Of a stretch of DNA of 64,000 nt, positions 1-12,282 are shown piece after piece (the first letter of the stretch is position 1; each line of letters starts with the position of its first letter). The DNA is from Anthoceros angustus (taxonomy: Eukaryota > Plantae > Anthocerotophyta): the NCBI GenBank assembly GCA_010909165.1, contig MU008172.1, positions 310,001 through 374,000 of the forward strand, given 5' to 3'. Made by a program: the position numbers and the translations under genes. The notes below the pieces were generated by a model that saw nothing but the letters and a program-made list of their open reading frames with translations, had not been told where the DNA came from and did not search any database.

Positions 1-78
1 TCATTTCCTGCAACTACTGTGCACCTACTTTCGAGTGCATCATGTCAAGACGCTGAATTCCTTGGTTTGGAAATTCAG

Positions 79-514
79 GTCCGTGACAGCATCCACGAAG
101 CAGGCTTTTATGCCGAAACGGATATCTCAGACCGGAAAATTGACAGGAAGGTAATCCTTTCCACGTCTGGCGAGGAGGCGGACTGTGAGCAGCTGTGCTT
201 CTGGTTGGATATGGTGAGTCCAATTGCATCCTCACTTGACAATCTCTGCCACTGTGGCTGTAAATTCAGGTCCGGGAGGCACAGCTAGCTCAATTTAACT
301 ACATACTGGTGGTCGGCGAAAAGGAAGAAAGCACTGAGCAGGTCAGTTGTGCCTTCACCTTGTTCGTTGCAAATCCATTGTTGTTCGTACAACTAGCTGA
401 CACCGCTGTGTGCTGTAGGTCAATGTGCGCACCCGCGATAACAAGGTGCATGGCATGAAGAATCTGTCCGAATTGCTGAAAGAGTTCAAAGCGGAAGCAG
501 CAGCATTTCATTGA
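79..514 (+). CDS. THRRS: Threonyl-tRNA synthetase, last three exons (anticodon-binding domain): join(79..150,270..341,419..514); 5' part lies outside the window
   Basis: Three phase-0 exons with GT-AG introns (119 and 77 nt) splice to VRDSIHEAGFYAETDISDRKIDRK-VREAQLAQFNYILVVGEKEESTEQ-VNVRTRDNKVHGMKNLSELLKEFKAEAAAFH*, which matches the eukaryotic ThrRS C-terminus (KVREAQLAQYNYILVVG...VNVRxRDN). Confidence 0.93.
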
Positions 515-1478
515 CGTGCGCGTCATTTGAGCGCGTTGATGCCATTGGATTTTGTTAGTCAATGTCATTCATTTATTAATCGCATTCGGTAGGCCACGTT
601 GTTGCAATCGGCTTGTAATTCGTGCTCTCCTGTGCTTCCTTGTAAGCACGAGAACGGGGCCTGAAATATGTAGAATGAGAATGGAGGTTATATGGTCTTA
701 GTTTCATATATGGGGGTAACGAGGCCAGGACTGATGATCAAGTTGCACTTCGTTTTGCCAGGTTGCCGCTAGTAGCGTTTGCTAGCAGCAGCAACCTACA
801 TACGCATCCAGCACGTAGTGGGCAACAAATATTCATTCCTCGCCAGGTACCTCTTGAAAGCTGTAGATCCGCCTCCTCACGTCACGTGCAGCCCCCAACC
901 TGTCATTGATCAGCTTCTAGCAGGAATTTAAGCTACCCCTGCCCACGAACCGTCAACTGCCGGAGCACGCAGTGAACAAGCCAACGCAGACCTGCTGAGT
1001 AAGTCCTCGAAGCTCCTACATGGCTCGGACGTGCCTCGGCTGTGTATCCCCTCGTATAACTGTAGTCCACCCCCCTCGGATTGGGACCCCCTAAATGGAT
1101 AACCCTCTACTTGGGACGCCCGAGCTTACTCCCTGTGATGTGCAATGGTACTCGCCCTCCAACGTGTTGGCCAACGGCAAGCGCGCGGCAGGGAGCATCT
1201 TCGACACCGGTGGTAGGTGCCTGCGTCTCAATCTCCGAAGCAATCAATGCTTCGCGCGTGTGAAGGCGGGCGTGGCATGCCATGCCTCGCCCATCACGAT
1301 GCTCTCTCATCGTGGTATACTTTAAACGCAACACCATGTACAGGTCCATACAGGATGTCACTGCCGTATTTTGCCCAGCATGGCACAACCCTAATATACG
1401 CACCCACCACCAACCATGCTTGATTTTAGAACCGTGCGCGAGAGTATGAACTGAGCGCGGGTGTCTTAAACAAACCAT

Positions 1479-1544
1479 CCCAAAGACAAACAGATTAACC
1501 TAAACCAAGCACCCAAAGACAAACACATTAACCTAAACCAAGCA
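1479..1544. repeat. 33-bp direct repeat x2 just upstream of the transposase ATG
   Basis: cccaaagacaaacagattaacctaaaccaagca at 1479 and again at 1512 with 1 mismatch. Confidence 0.9.
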
Positions 1545-1570
1545 TTCTGGCCGCAAAGCGTGCTCCGTCC

Positions 1571-3963
1571 ATGGAGTGTGCGCTGAAGGTGCAATTTCCA
1601 GGGCTTGGTCAATTCTGCACCGAGAATCTAACTTGGCAGGTTTTGAAGGATTTGAAGATTGCCTACATTCCATGGAATAGAGTAGAAGATTTCATTTCTG
1701 GTGAAGGCTTCAAATGTGCTGCAAGTTTCTATCGGAAGGATTCAAAGACTCAAAATTCACTACCACCACCAATTGTGCCGTCCTTAGACACGCAATCACA
1801 TATATCGGTACTTTCTGCAACTTCCAAGTTCTCTACACTAATTTCCCTGACCATTTGGGTTTCCTGGCTTGGTGGCCTCTGTCCATGTGCTTTCTTTGCC
1901 TTAAGTTGAAGCCAAATCTTGGTATTTGCTGTCGTGTGTTTCTATGTAGGTATTGGTGTTCATATGGACCGGAGGATTTCCGAGCTGCTACCACACCCAA
2001 GAATGTGCGCATGAAGACCGGATGTATGGCCAATTTTGTTGTGAAGCAGTTGCGCTTATTCCACAGTTGCTCAAATCCTTCTTCATGAAGAGGCGCCGTA
2101 GATCGGCGGTGATATCTGTCATGGTCCAAGTATGTGGGACACCCTAAATTGTCTAGAGCTCCTTGGATCTCGAAGAGAAAAGGATTGGGTTAAACATTGT
2201 CTTTATTGCAAGGTATCGTGTCGGAGATTATGCGTCGGCATGTTGCAGTTGTGTACGAGAAGATGAGTCACTACATAGGACATGAGCGTGGTGGTGGCGT
2301 TCGAGATGACTACATGCGGCGCAAGGATGTGTTGAACATGAAGCGACAAGTGGAAGCGGGTGAGTGGAAACTAGACCACGATGATGTAAAGTCCGAGATG
2401 TGGCTCAAAGTGAATCTTGACCTTATCTTCCATAGATCGAACTGGTGAACCTTTTGTTTTAGGGTTGCAAACTCCTTTCATGCGGCAGATGTTCATCAAG
2501 CATGGTAACAATAGTGTGTTAGCCATAGACGTCACATTTGGTATGAACAAGTATAGGTACCACTTATTTACGGTGATGGTTTTTGATCAACACCTTAATG
2601 GTATTCCAGTTGCTTGGGCACTAACACAGGAGGCTACTATACTTTCTTTGGTATCATGGTTGACGCCACTCTGACATGTCGCTCTTACAACATGTGCAAC
2701 ATGGGTCCCTAGTTGCTTCCTAGTTGATGATTGTTTTAGCGAGATAGGTGCCTTTAAGCGGTATGGGGCCAACATACATGTTGTGTTGTGTCTATGGCAT
2801 GTAAGGAAGGCTGGCGTGAACCTTTTAAAGAAGGTAAAGTGCATTATTGCAAGGAAGAAGATTTGGGCAGCTCTTGCGGAGATCATGTATGTCGAGGCCA
2901 TAATACGCAAGATGGTGCATCGCATGGGGTAAGGTATTGTTAGAGTTCTTCTACAAGGAGTGGCATGGAAGTCAACCGACCTTTTGTTGAGTATTTCAAG
3001 AAGCAGTGGGGTGACTCTATAGGTATTATTCTTTGCCCAAAGTGTACTAGTTTCTTTGTGCAGTAAGGGTTGCTTGAATGGATGTTCACATGGTGTCGGC
3101 TGTGTGTAATAATGTTTCGCATTTCTTTATGCCAGACATGTGGTTGAAGAACTGCAGGATGTTTCCCCACGCTGGACAAGATACCACATCTCTTCTGGAG
3201 GCCTTTCATCGATTCTTGAAGGAAAGAGTATCTTTTACCAAGGCTGCGTTGCCAGGAAGGCGTATGGATTGGCTTCTGCATCAACTTGTGAACGAGGTAG
3301 CACGGCATTACTGGTACCTTGATTTCACCAAGGCTGGGGGTTACAAGCCGAATTTAAAACTCGAGAAGGTATATGAGCATGTTTTGTCCGTGAGCACCAT
3401 CCTGCATTTTGTCATATTCCGTCAGTTGGGTCTCTTGTTGCATATTGCATGTCCTCCGAGGATAGTGACAAGGTTTACGTCATTGAGGTGCACATTCTCC
3501 ATGGGCATTTTGTACTTGTGGGATGGGGCGAGAAAAGGATTCATTTGCAACATGTTGTGAAGGTGCAACAGTATGTGGTATATTTGAACATACTTCCAAT
3601 TATTGCGCCTTGCTTGGTGTACCAATGGATCTTATGTTCGGGCACAAGAAGAAGGAAGAACATTACGACCTAAATCTTGTTACGGAGAATGAGATATCAC
3701 ATGATAATCATGTTCGGATACAACGGCTGTCTGACAATCTTTGTTGTCGCACATCTTCCCATCAACCCGGTAGCTTGGAGGTTGAAGTGACGTCGAGACT
3801 TGGATGCAATCATGGGGTATTCCAAGCATTGTGGAAGCCAAGCTCGCTATTTTGTTTGAGGTCTGCAATAATGGAACAAGCACAACATCGTATTAGGGAA
3901 GTTGCATTTCGGTGGACGAGGCCTCAAGCGATAAACGGTATTAGAGGAGTTTGTTCCGAATGA
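1571..3963 (+). mobile_element. Disrupted MULE (Mutator-like) DDE transposase with SWIM zinc finger, AT1G60560/AT4G13970-like family, intron-containing
   Basis: Colinear motifs across frames: IAYIPWNRVEDFISGE; YWCSYGPEDF; GCMANFVVKQL; ICHGP; EPFVLGLQT...AIDVTFGMNKYRYHLFTVMVFD...IPVAW (first catalytic D); CFLVDDC; LCLWHVRKA; EAFHRFLK...RRMDWLLHQL (catalytic E region); frameshifted SWIM FCTCG...GFIC/HVVKV. Has an in-frame TGA at 2672-2674 and many 1-nt indels. Candidate GT-AG introns (e.g. acceptor tatgtag at 1949). Confidence 0.8.
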
Positions 3964-6743
3964 CGGGACCAACCGGTTAGTGCGTTTCAAGGGCATTGAA
4001 GAACGCTCAAGACCAAAGAAGAAAAAAGTGATTACTTTGTGACACCTTTAGGCTAAGGGCTGAAGAATTTTGCAATCGAGGGCTGAAAAATTTTGCAATC
4101 GAGGGCTGAAAAATTTTGCAATCGAGGGCTAAGAAATTTTGCAATCGAGGGCTGAGGAATTGCAATCGAGGGCTGAGGGCTGCAAAATTGTTCTGAGGAA
4201 TTTGTTCAGACTGTTTCTGACCTTGTGTAGCCTGGACTTCTTTACTAGGATGTTTTACAAATTAGTACAATAATGAAGGCTACTGTATGGCTAGAAGGCT
4301 ACTGAGCCGAGTATGGTGATTGGTGATAATGAGGTTAGTCCTCATGGTCTTGTTGTTTCCCCTTGTCCTGGGGTAGATGGATTTCCCATCTCTTTTTCAT
4401 AATAAAGTCTTCATTTACCTTCAATGGTATAAATGGGAAACCCTCAAGTTTATAATTGGGACGTTTTGTCCAAGCATTCATAATAGTTTTCCCTCTCTAA
4501 TTGAATATTAGACATGGACTAGATTAATAGTTGTTATGAATGATACAATTTTTTATTTAATTTTGAGTTTCCTTGTAATTTTATTTTTTAGATTTTTAAA
4601 ATTCCAATTGGGACACCTCCTAAATGGGACCTCTCCGACGACATATAGCCCTGATTAGGAAGGTGGACTGAATGCCCTTGGTTTGCCCTTTCAATCCTTG
4701 CGATAAACATTGGTAGCAAACTTGGAGCTTTCTCCAACATTAAGATCTTTCATCCAACTCCACGGGATATATATGCCACATATAATTCCTCTGAGCTTGT
4801 CATTTCAAGTCATGAGAACAAAATGGTCTCAAGGCCGACTTGTTTTTAAGTGAATAAGTTGACGTCATAACTTAGAGCAACCGTACTTTGTCATGCCACA
4901 TGATTCCTCCGGATACCGGTTGCTTTAAGCGGTCTTCTTTGTATGCTTGGAAATGGAAAAGATCAATCTCCTATCCGACATGTTGCGCTCACTCGCGGGA
5001 AGATCACATGTCGTGCTCGTTTTGTAGATGTGGCGCCCATGTTGGGCTGAGTCGGATAGATCACATCGGGGCTCATGAGCACACACACAAGTTTAGGACA
5101 ATTCCCACAAATCCACAATTCAGATTCACGGAAATGGCAGAACAATGGTCAAATGTATGTGGTATATTTGAACATACTTCCAATTATTGCGCCTTGCTTG
5201 GTGTACCAATGGATCTTATGTTCGGGCACAAGAAGAAGGAAGAACATTACGACCTAAATCTTGTTACGGAGAATGAGATATCACATGATAATCATGTTCG
5301 GATACAACGGCTGTCTGACAATCTTGTCGCACATCTTCCCATCAACCCGGTAGCTTGGAGGAGTTGAAGTGAAGCGGCGTCGAGACTTGGATGCAATCAT
5401 GGGTATTCCAAGCATTGTGGAAGCCAAGCACGCTATTTTGTTTGAGGTCTGCAATAATGGAACAAGCACAACATCGTATTAGGGAAGTTGCATTTCGGTG
5501 GACGAGGCCTCAAGCGATGGTGTATTAGAGGAGTTTGTTCGAATGGCGGGACCAACCGGTTAGTGCGTTTCAAGGGCATTGAAGAACGCTCAAGACCAAG
5601 AAGAAAAAGTGATTACTTTGTGACACCTTTAGGCTAAGGGTGAAGAATTTTGCAATCGAGGGCTGAAAAATTTTGCAATCGAGGGCTGAAAAATTTTGCA
5701 ATCGAGGCTAAATTTTGCAATCGAGGGCTGAGGAATTGCAATCGAGTGAGGCTGCAAAATTGTAATTTTATTATTTATTTGACCTTGTGTAGCCTGGACT
5801 TCTTTACTAGGATGTTTTACAAATTAGTACAATAATGAAGGCTACTGTATGGCTAGAAGGCTACTGAGCCGAGTATGGTGATTGGTGATAATGAGGTTAG
5901 TCCTCATGGTCTTGTTGTTTCCCCTTGTCACAGGGTAGATGGATTTCCATCTCTTTTCATAATAAAGTCTTCATTTACCTTCAATGGTATAAATGGGAAA
6001 CCCTCAAGTTTATAATTGGGACGTTTTGTCCAAGCATTCATAATAGTTTTCCCTCTCTAATTGAATATTAGACATGGACTAGATTAATAGTTGTTATGAA
6101 TGATACAATTTTTTATTTAATTTTGAGTTTCCTTGTAATTTTATTTTTTTAGATTTTTTAAAAATTCCAATTGGGACACCTCCCTAAATGGGACCTCTCC
6201 AGCCGCTGACATATAGCCCTGATTAGGGAAGGTGGACTGAATGCCCTTGGTTTGCCCTTTCAATCCTTGCGATAAACATTGGTAGCAAACTTGGAGCTTT
6301 CTCCAACATTAAGATCTTTCATCCAACTCCACGGGATATATATGCCACATATAATTCCTACAGAGCTTGTCATTTCAAGTCATGAGAACAAAATGGTCTC
6401 AAGGCCGCGACTTGTTTTTTAAGTGAATAAGTTGACGTCATAACTTAGAGCAACCGTACTTTGTCATGCCACATGATTCCTCCAGATACCAGTTGCTTTA
6501 GCGGTGCTGCTGTATGCTTGGAAATGGAAAAAGATCAATCTCCTATCCGACATGTTGCACGCTCACTCGCGGGAAGATCACATGTCGTGCTCGTTTTGTG
6601 ACAGGGACTGCCCATGTTGGGCAGCCTGAGTCGGATAGATCACATCGGGGCTCCGCGAGCACACACACAAGTTTAGGACAATTCCCACAAATCCACAATT
6701 CAGATTCACGGAAATGGCACAGAACAATGGTCCGAAATGTATG
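3571..6743. repeat. Tandem duplication of a 1584-bp unit (3571-5154, 5155-6738)
   Basis: gtatgtggtatatttgaacatac at 3571 and 5155. The unit ends run into gtatg at 6739 and then unique sequence. The copies differ mainly by small indels. Confidence 0.93.
4056..4168. repeat. 23-bp minisatellite x5 (agggctgaaaaattttgcaatcg); second array at ~5636-5750 in the duplicated unit
   Basis: Units start at 4056, 4079, 4102, 4125 and 4148, with no spacers. Confidence 0.92.
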
Positions 6744-8342
6744 CTGGACGAGCGCCTTTCCTCCGATACGCAACTTTGACGACTAAGTTGCTCAGCCAGG
6801 TTAGCGCTTCAGCTTCAGCGTGCGTCAGCAATGCTAGCCACTTTTGTGTGGGCTGATCTCACCATGCTTGGTGATGATCGGGTTCGTTATCTCACACTTC
6901 TGGTGTGATGCCCCACGAGACCAAGCTGGGCTGCCTTTGCCTCACACCGCATTAGGGTTCTTCCTAGTTAACTCCAATGACGGTGAACTAAGTACTGTTG
7001 TTATTCTATTTTGAACTGGATTGTACTATTCTATAAGTGCTAACCCATAGTATGTGATTGAAAAATAGGGCGCCTCGTGAAAACTTGCTTTAAGGAAACT
7101 ACGCTGTCTGTTAATTGAAATTGACCCCATTTGAACTACAGACTCCTTTCTTACTCCCACGTTCAGCTCCTTTTGAACTTCATACTTCTTAAGTTTTCAC
7201 TCTCACATTCAAACGGGCACGAAAGTCACAATCTATCAGCAATATATCTAGTGACATTTACTATCAAAAAGTGTGGGACATGTATATCTAATGTGTATTC
7301 CTCTAGAACAGCAAATGTATCATGCCAATGGTTACATGCAGGTGTTGCTCCTTCATAATTTGCCTCTTCACCTTAACCACGCAATGAACACGAGAAGGTG
7401 AACAAGCAGACAAATCAACAAAAAATTAGCAAAGCACGAGGTAGTCAATGAAGATGGAGTACATAGTATTAATCATGGGTACGAAGTTTGCAATACAGGT
7501 GAGTGAATTTTAGCAATGGGCACATCTTGAATGACAATGATAGGAAGGATTATCGAGACGACAATCATTGGTGGTGCCGATTCATCCTGTTGCAGTTAAA
7601 GTAATGGGAGCAGAGTTCTCTCTGCACACATATATCACAAATATTGATAGCAGAATGTTGTCTCCGCCATTGTGCTATAACAATTTTCGGTTTTGTGATC
7701 GAAAATTGTTCAGGTAAAGTCAGAATTTCCAACCAACACACAATAGAACATACAAATTAGTAAGTATGTGGTACAAGATACAATCATCACAGACGAGAAT
7801 GGAGAGACTTTGTGTAGGAAGAAAAGAGATGGAGAAAACACCATGTACACCGAAAAAAAAGGGGTCAACCCAACAAAGGGTACCAGGCCAAGGGGGACTA
7901 ACTCCTGCATTCGCTTTTCTCAAAACTACCTATTGCCTTAAGCTTGGCGGAGGCATTCCCTTCAAGGAAAACATCATATAGTTTTTGCAAAAAAAGAACT
8001 TAAAAAGAATCTTGTAAAAATTACAACATACATGTAGCACACAAAACATACAAACAAACGTGTAGTGTTTTATTGAGGGAAAAAAAACAATGGGGAAAAA
8101 CTCATCCAGCACGGGACAATGAAGGTGGACCTCGGGGATCAAGGTCAAACAGAGCGACTAAGCCCTTACCTAACAAACATATATATTGTTGCTATTCAAC
8201 ATGAGTTTGTAAATTAGATAAATATTAGATGACTTGTATATTGCAATATAACCAAAATGTAGTATTGAACAAAAAAACCACAATGAAGACTTTATTAAAA
8301 AGAAGAGATAGGAAAACTCATGTACCCCGAACCGATGGGGGA

Positions 8343-8458
8343 CAACCCACTAGAGGGCCAAGAGCCTGGGGGCTAGGCCCCACGAATGCCAACCCCGGAG
8401 CAACCCACTAGAGGGCCAAGAGCTTGGGGGCTAGGCCCCACGAATGCCAACCCCGGAG
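8343..8458. repeat. 58-bp direct repeat x2; a diverged relative lies at ~7836-7905
   Basis: caacccactagagggccaagagcc/ttgggggctaggccccacgaatgccaaccccggag at 8343 and 8401. Confidence 0.9.
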
Positions 8459-8519
8459 CTGCGAGGAAAGGCCTATCGAGATGAGGAAAGGGCTATCTAC
8501 AATTGGTAGCTTGTTGCCG

Positions 8520-9310
8520 TCCTGTAAGTAAAACCACAATACAACTCAAACTATTGTTACAAGACCTTTATATTATAGTATAACCAAAATTTGGTAAGAG
8601 AAGTAAAACAATGACACACCGAGTATTAAATTAAATTATGTACATAATCTCACTCATAGCCAATAATTTATTATAGCATCCATAACATGAAGTACTCCAA
8701 GTAACAATAGACTACAAAAATAAGGCAACTCAATGTACATACTTCAATCCTGGTGTGGGACTTCGATGTATACTTTGATTACATATCTACAAAGTCTTCA
8801 AATTCACTAAAATAAGATGTTATCTAAAACAAATTCATAAATCCTAAAAACCCTAAAATCGAAGAAGTCTCCAAGTTCTCCCAAAACTCTAAGAAGCGAT
8901 TCTCACAGCGCTCCGTAGAAAACGAGTTGCACAACGCCAAGGTTTGGTCCGATTAGACCGAAGGGTTTTTTCATATGTACTTCCACCATCTAGGAGAGGT
9001 ATCCATCAGTACCGTGTGGGTCCTCCTCGCCATTAGGCTTAGGCCAAATGGACACATATTTATAAGAACGCCATGATTAAGCATCCTGAGCTTAGATCGG
9101 TACTTAGATGGGGTATCTAAAGGGAGTGGAGACTTAGATGGGGTGCCTAAAGGGAGTGGATGCCCTTGGTGCAAGTAGCTTAGGCAGACCATGGTAGCAC
9201 CAAGTAGCTTAGGCACACCATGGTACAAGTTGTTAAGTACCAATCCCATGACGGAAATCCGTCCTTAGTGGACTTAAATAAAATTATTCTTCTTCTTCTT
9301 CATTAGAAGG
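8520..9310. mobile_element. AT-rich repeat-like remnant (unassigned TE), with internal 28-30 bp tandem duplications at ~9104-9232
   Basis: No ORF with recognisable homology. Contains tandem subrepeats (acttagatggggt...aaagggagtgga x2; caagtagcttaggca...ccatggta x2) and a terminal hairpin motif shared with 55.4/57.8 kb. Confidence 0.3.
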
Positions 9311-9539
9311 GGAAGGGCGGAGGCTCCGGTCACCTCGCGCCCTTGCCCTAGCTTCAGCCCTAGCTACGACACGATATGCCGTCACCGTGGCACTCGCCTA
9401 TGGGACTGTGGGGACCGCAGTGCGCTTGGCGAGGCCGTGTCTCAATTTTGGAGTCAACCACATTTGCATGTAGATGGACATTGCTCCCAACAAGGGGTTC
9501 GTTGTATAAGTTGAGCTCAGACAGGGATTGCAACGATCG

Positions 9540-11669
9540 TCACGCTCCCAGCTCTAACGCAGTCGTTATGCTGACAGCCATGAACAAGACATACCAGCCC
9601 ACCAGGGTGAGGCCCCAGCACCGAGTAATTTGGAACCTAGACCTTGTCATGACTACGAGCGAGCCCAGAAGGCCGGTGAAAAGGAATCCAAACGCAATGA
9701 GAATGCTGGGATGAACGCGGAGTGTATAGCCAGGAGACAGCGACTCCGACGTGGCCGTGGCCAGGGCCACTCCCAGGCCTATGAGCATGTTGAACATGGG
9801 GCCTGCAAAGCAACCGGCCATGGCCAAAGCTGGCTGCCCGTTCCTCGCAACAGCCACATCTGCTACCAGGTCTCCCATGGAATTGCCCCAGGCTAGGACG
9901 GTTATCCCCAGCAACGCTGGAGGAATTCTTAAAATGACGCCCAGAGCCACAAGGCAGCCCAGCAGTTCACCCGCCATGAAGGAAATCCAGCCTACACTCA
10001 TGGCAAAGGCGATGGCTGCAGGCAGGAGGTGTTGACTCTCTGGAGGCTCCTCTGACATGAGATAGTAGGCAGTTCCCACCAGGAGGCTCAGTATGACCAC
10101 CAGACCCCAGAGAGGAAGCTGAAGTGTGTCAGTCAGACTGATGCGCAGGTTCAATGGAATCTGGGAGCCGCACATATAGAGCAGCGCCAGAGGACACAGG
10201 ACCATGTTGGCAGTGGCGTAATGGCGGTTCCATTGTGAAGGATGGATCACAGGGATGGTGGCCTTGAGCAACACCTCCACCGGCATGCGACACTGCAGGG
10301 AAATATATCCCACCCTGCGTTAGTCGGATGAGAAACGATGCAAGGAACGGGTTGTCACTGAACCAAGGACTAGGGGAAGTACCTTCGATGCAGGCTGTCC
10401 GCAGCAGTCCGAAGAGCTCTTTTTCTGCATGCTCGGTAGCCTGGGAGACAGCATCGTCTTGGGAGGGCTACTGTACGCTGAATCCTTGAAGTAAGAATAG
10501 CCAGACACAACCTTGTCCAAAATTCTTCTGCTGACCAACATAGGGCCTCGCAGGCCCGAGGTTCCTACTCCTTCTGATCCCCACCAGCTATCAGCCCTGT
10601 CAACTTCCGGGCTCCTGGTGTTTGGTGACCGCGAGTCGCTGTCTTCCCACAGGGGGAGCTTACCAGGAGCCACAACCATTTCATCTATCAACTCAATTCT
10701 TTTCTTGGACGCATCCCGAGGGGAGAAGGAAGCCTTTGCGTCTTTCAGACCCTTGATTTGATCAGTGACCATAACCACCAGCGCAAACACACAATAAAAA
10801 AAGATGAAGCCCACAGCTTCCCAGAAGTAGACAATCCCGGTGAGGTACACTCCGAAGAGCAAACACACAGCAGTAGCATAGAAGATAATATCCCTCACAA
10901 ACGGAAAAGCTGCGACAGAAAACGGGGCTGCTGCCAATGCCACGCAGCCCACAACGAAGGTGGACACAAATGTCCCAGCGCTGAGGATCGCCCCTAGGCC
11001 AACTCGAGGATTGCCTCCCCGAATCGCTGCCACTGATGCAAACAGATCAGGAGCCCCGTTTCCAAAGGCAAGCAGTGTAACGCCCCCGGTGCTTGGTGTT
11101 AGTCCCATGACGGTAACCATGTAGGATACAGCTGGGGAGAAGTAATTCTCTGCAGTTTCTGCCAAGACGACGAACGCCACAAGCACGCCCGCAATCAGCA
11201 GGGGTACCGACAACCAAGAGACTCCCTGGAGTTCACAGAAGTGCAGCGCCGTGTAGTTTATAAGCCCTCGACCAGCACCATTGCAATGTCGCGCCTGTTC
11301 ACACCGGTCCTCTGGCAGCTGCCTGCCAACTTCGGCGCATTGCAACACCAGTGGTGGCACAAGATCTGCCGGCAGACGCTCATCCTCCCTGTCATGTGGA
11401 GTGCAACCAAGACAGGCCATGGAATCATCCACCACCTGGGCCTCATTCAATCCATCAGTGAAGTCCTGCTGCAGCCTGCGACGAAACCCGTTTCGCGGAT
11501 TCTTCTCGGCTGTCGAGAGCAGAGGTGAAGCCCGATCTGCTGCTTCCCATCCCCCCCTCACCCACGAGGCTGCTGCAGCGCACAGAAAGAAAGCCACCAC
11601 CAAGGCGACCCGGTACGCGAGCACGCGCCTCACGATGCAGCGGCGACAGGGCTCGGAAGCAGGTCCCAT
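9540..11669 (-). CDS. CCX5: Cation/calcium exchanger, CCX5-like: complement(join(9540..10292,10383..11669))
   Basis: Alpha-1 repeat GVTLLAFGNGAPDLFASV and alpha-2 repeat AWGNSMGDLVADVAVAR...AMAGCFAGPMFNML. The two same-frame ORFs are joined by a 90-nt phase-0 GT-AG intron (10293-10382). First in-frame ATG is at 11669. Confidence 0.92.
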
Positions 11670-12282
11670 CAATTCTTCCACCCGGCTGCGGGAGGCTCCA
11701 AGGCAGGCAGGCGCACGACTCAGGCTCCATGCACTCCAGCTCCCATCCCACAGTGGACCGGGTCTGGCGAGATGGAATTCAGAGTCTTCGTGCTCCCGCA
11801 CCTCCTCGCTCTCGCCATGAGAGGAGCGAACTCTTCATTATAATTCCATGAACGGCACTCGCCGACATCAGCCCGCTCATCCGCGTGCGCGCACGCAACC
11901 TAGGGCAGACGCCATCCCTACAAACGTGCCGCACGAATGTCCAGAGCTTGAAAACTTCGCAATAGCGCAAAAATGTCTTCGAAGAAGACGATCCCTTGTT
12001 TCCTACTGGACTACACCATCAACTTCCCCATGTAATCTAAGAGCATAACACTGGGATGCTCGCTGTACCTCGGGTAGCCCATGCTGATCTCTGGCCATCT
12101 GTCGTGAAAATGTACAAGTCTTTACAGCTCTGAGTGCAGCAGGAAAAGGAGGTGGCATCACCTCAGCCGCGGCTGGCGATCTAGAAGCGGATGGACTGCC
12201 ATGCACCACATGCCGCATTGCATGTAGGGCGAACAACTCCAGGGAGAGCGTGCCATGGTGGAAACACCTTCTGCATGCCTTC

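Noticed and set aside
4056-4168. CRISPR-like appearance of the 23-bp, 33-bp (31181-31411) and 56-bp (54956-55095) arrays
   Set aside because: The units abut directly or have mutually similar linkers. There are no unique spacers and no cas genes, and the context is eukaryotic and intron-containing.
1078-4630. ttgggac...cctaaatgg similarity at ~1080 and ~4607 as MULE terminal repeats
   Set aside because: Direct rather than inverted orientation, short, and without a TSD. The element ends remain undefined.
10293-10382. CCX split into two genes or by a premature stop
   Set aside because: The stop lies within a 90-nt phase-0 GT-AG intron.
11720-11818. Out-of-frame ATG ORF (32 codons) upstream of CCX5 as a regulatory uORF
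   Set aside because: The TSS is unknown and there is no conservation evidence. Such ORFs are common by chance.
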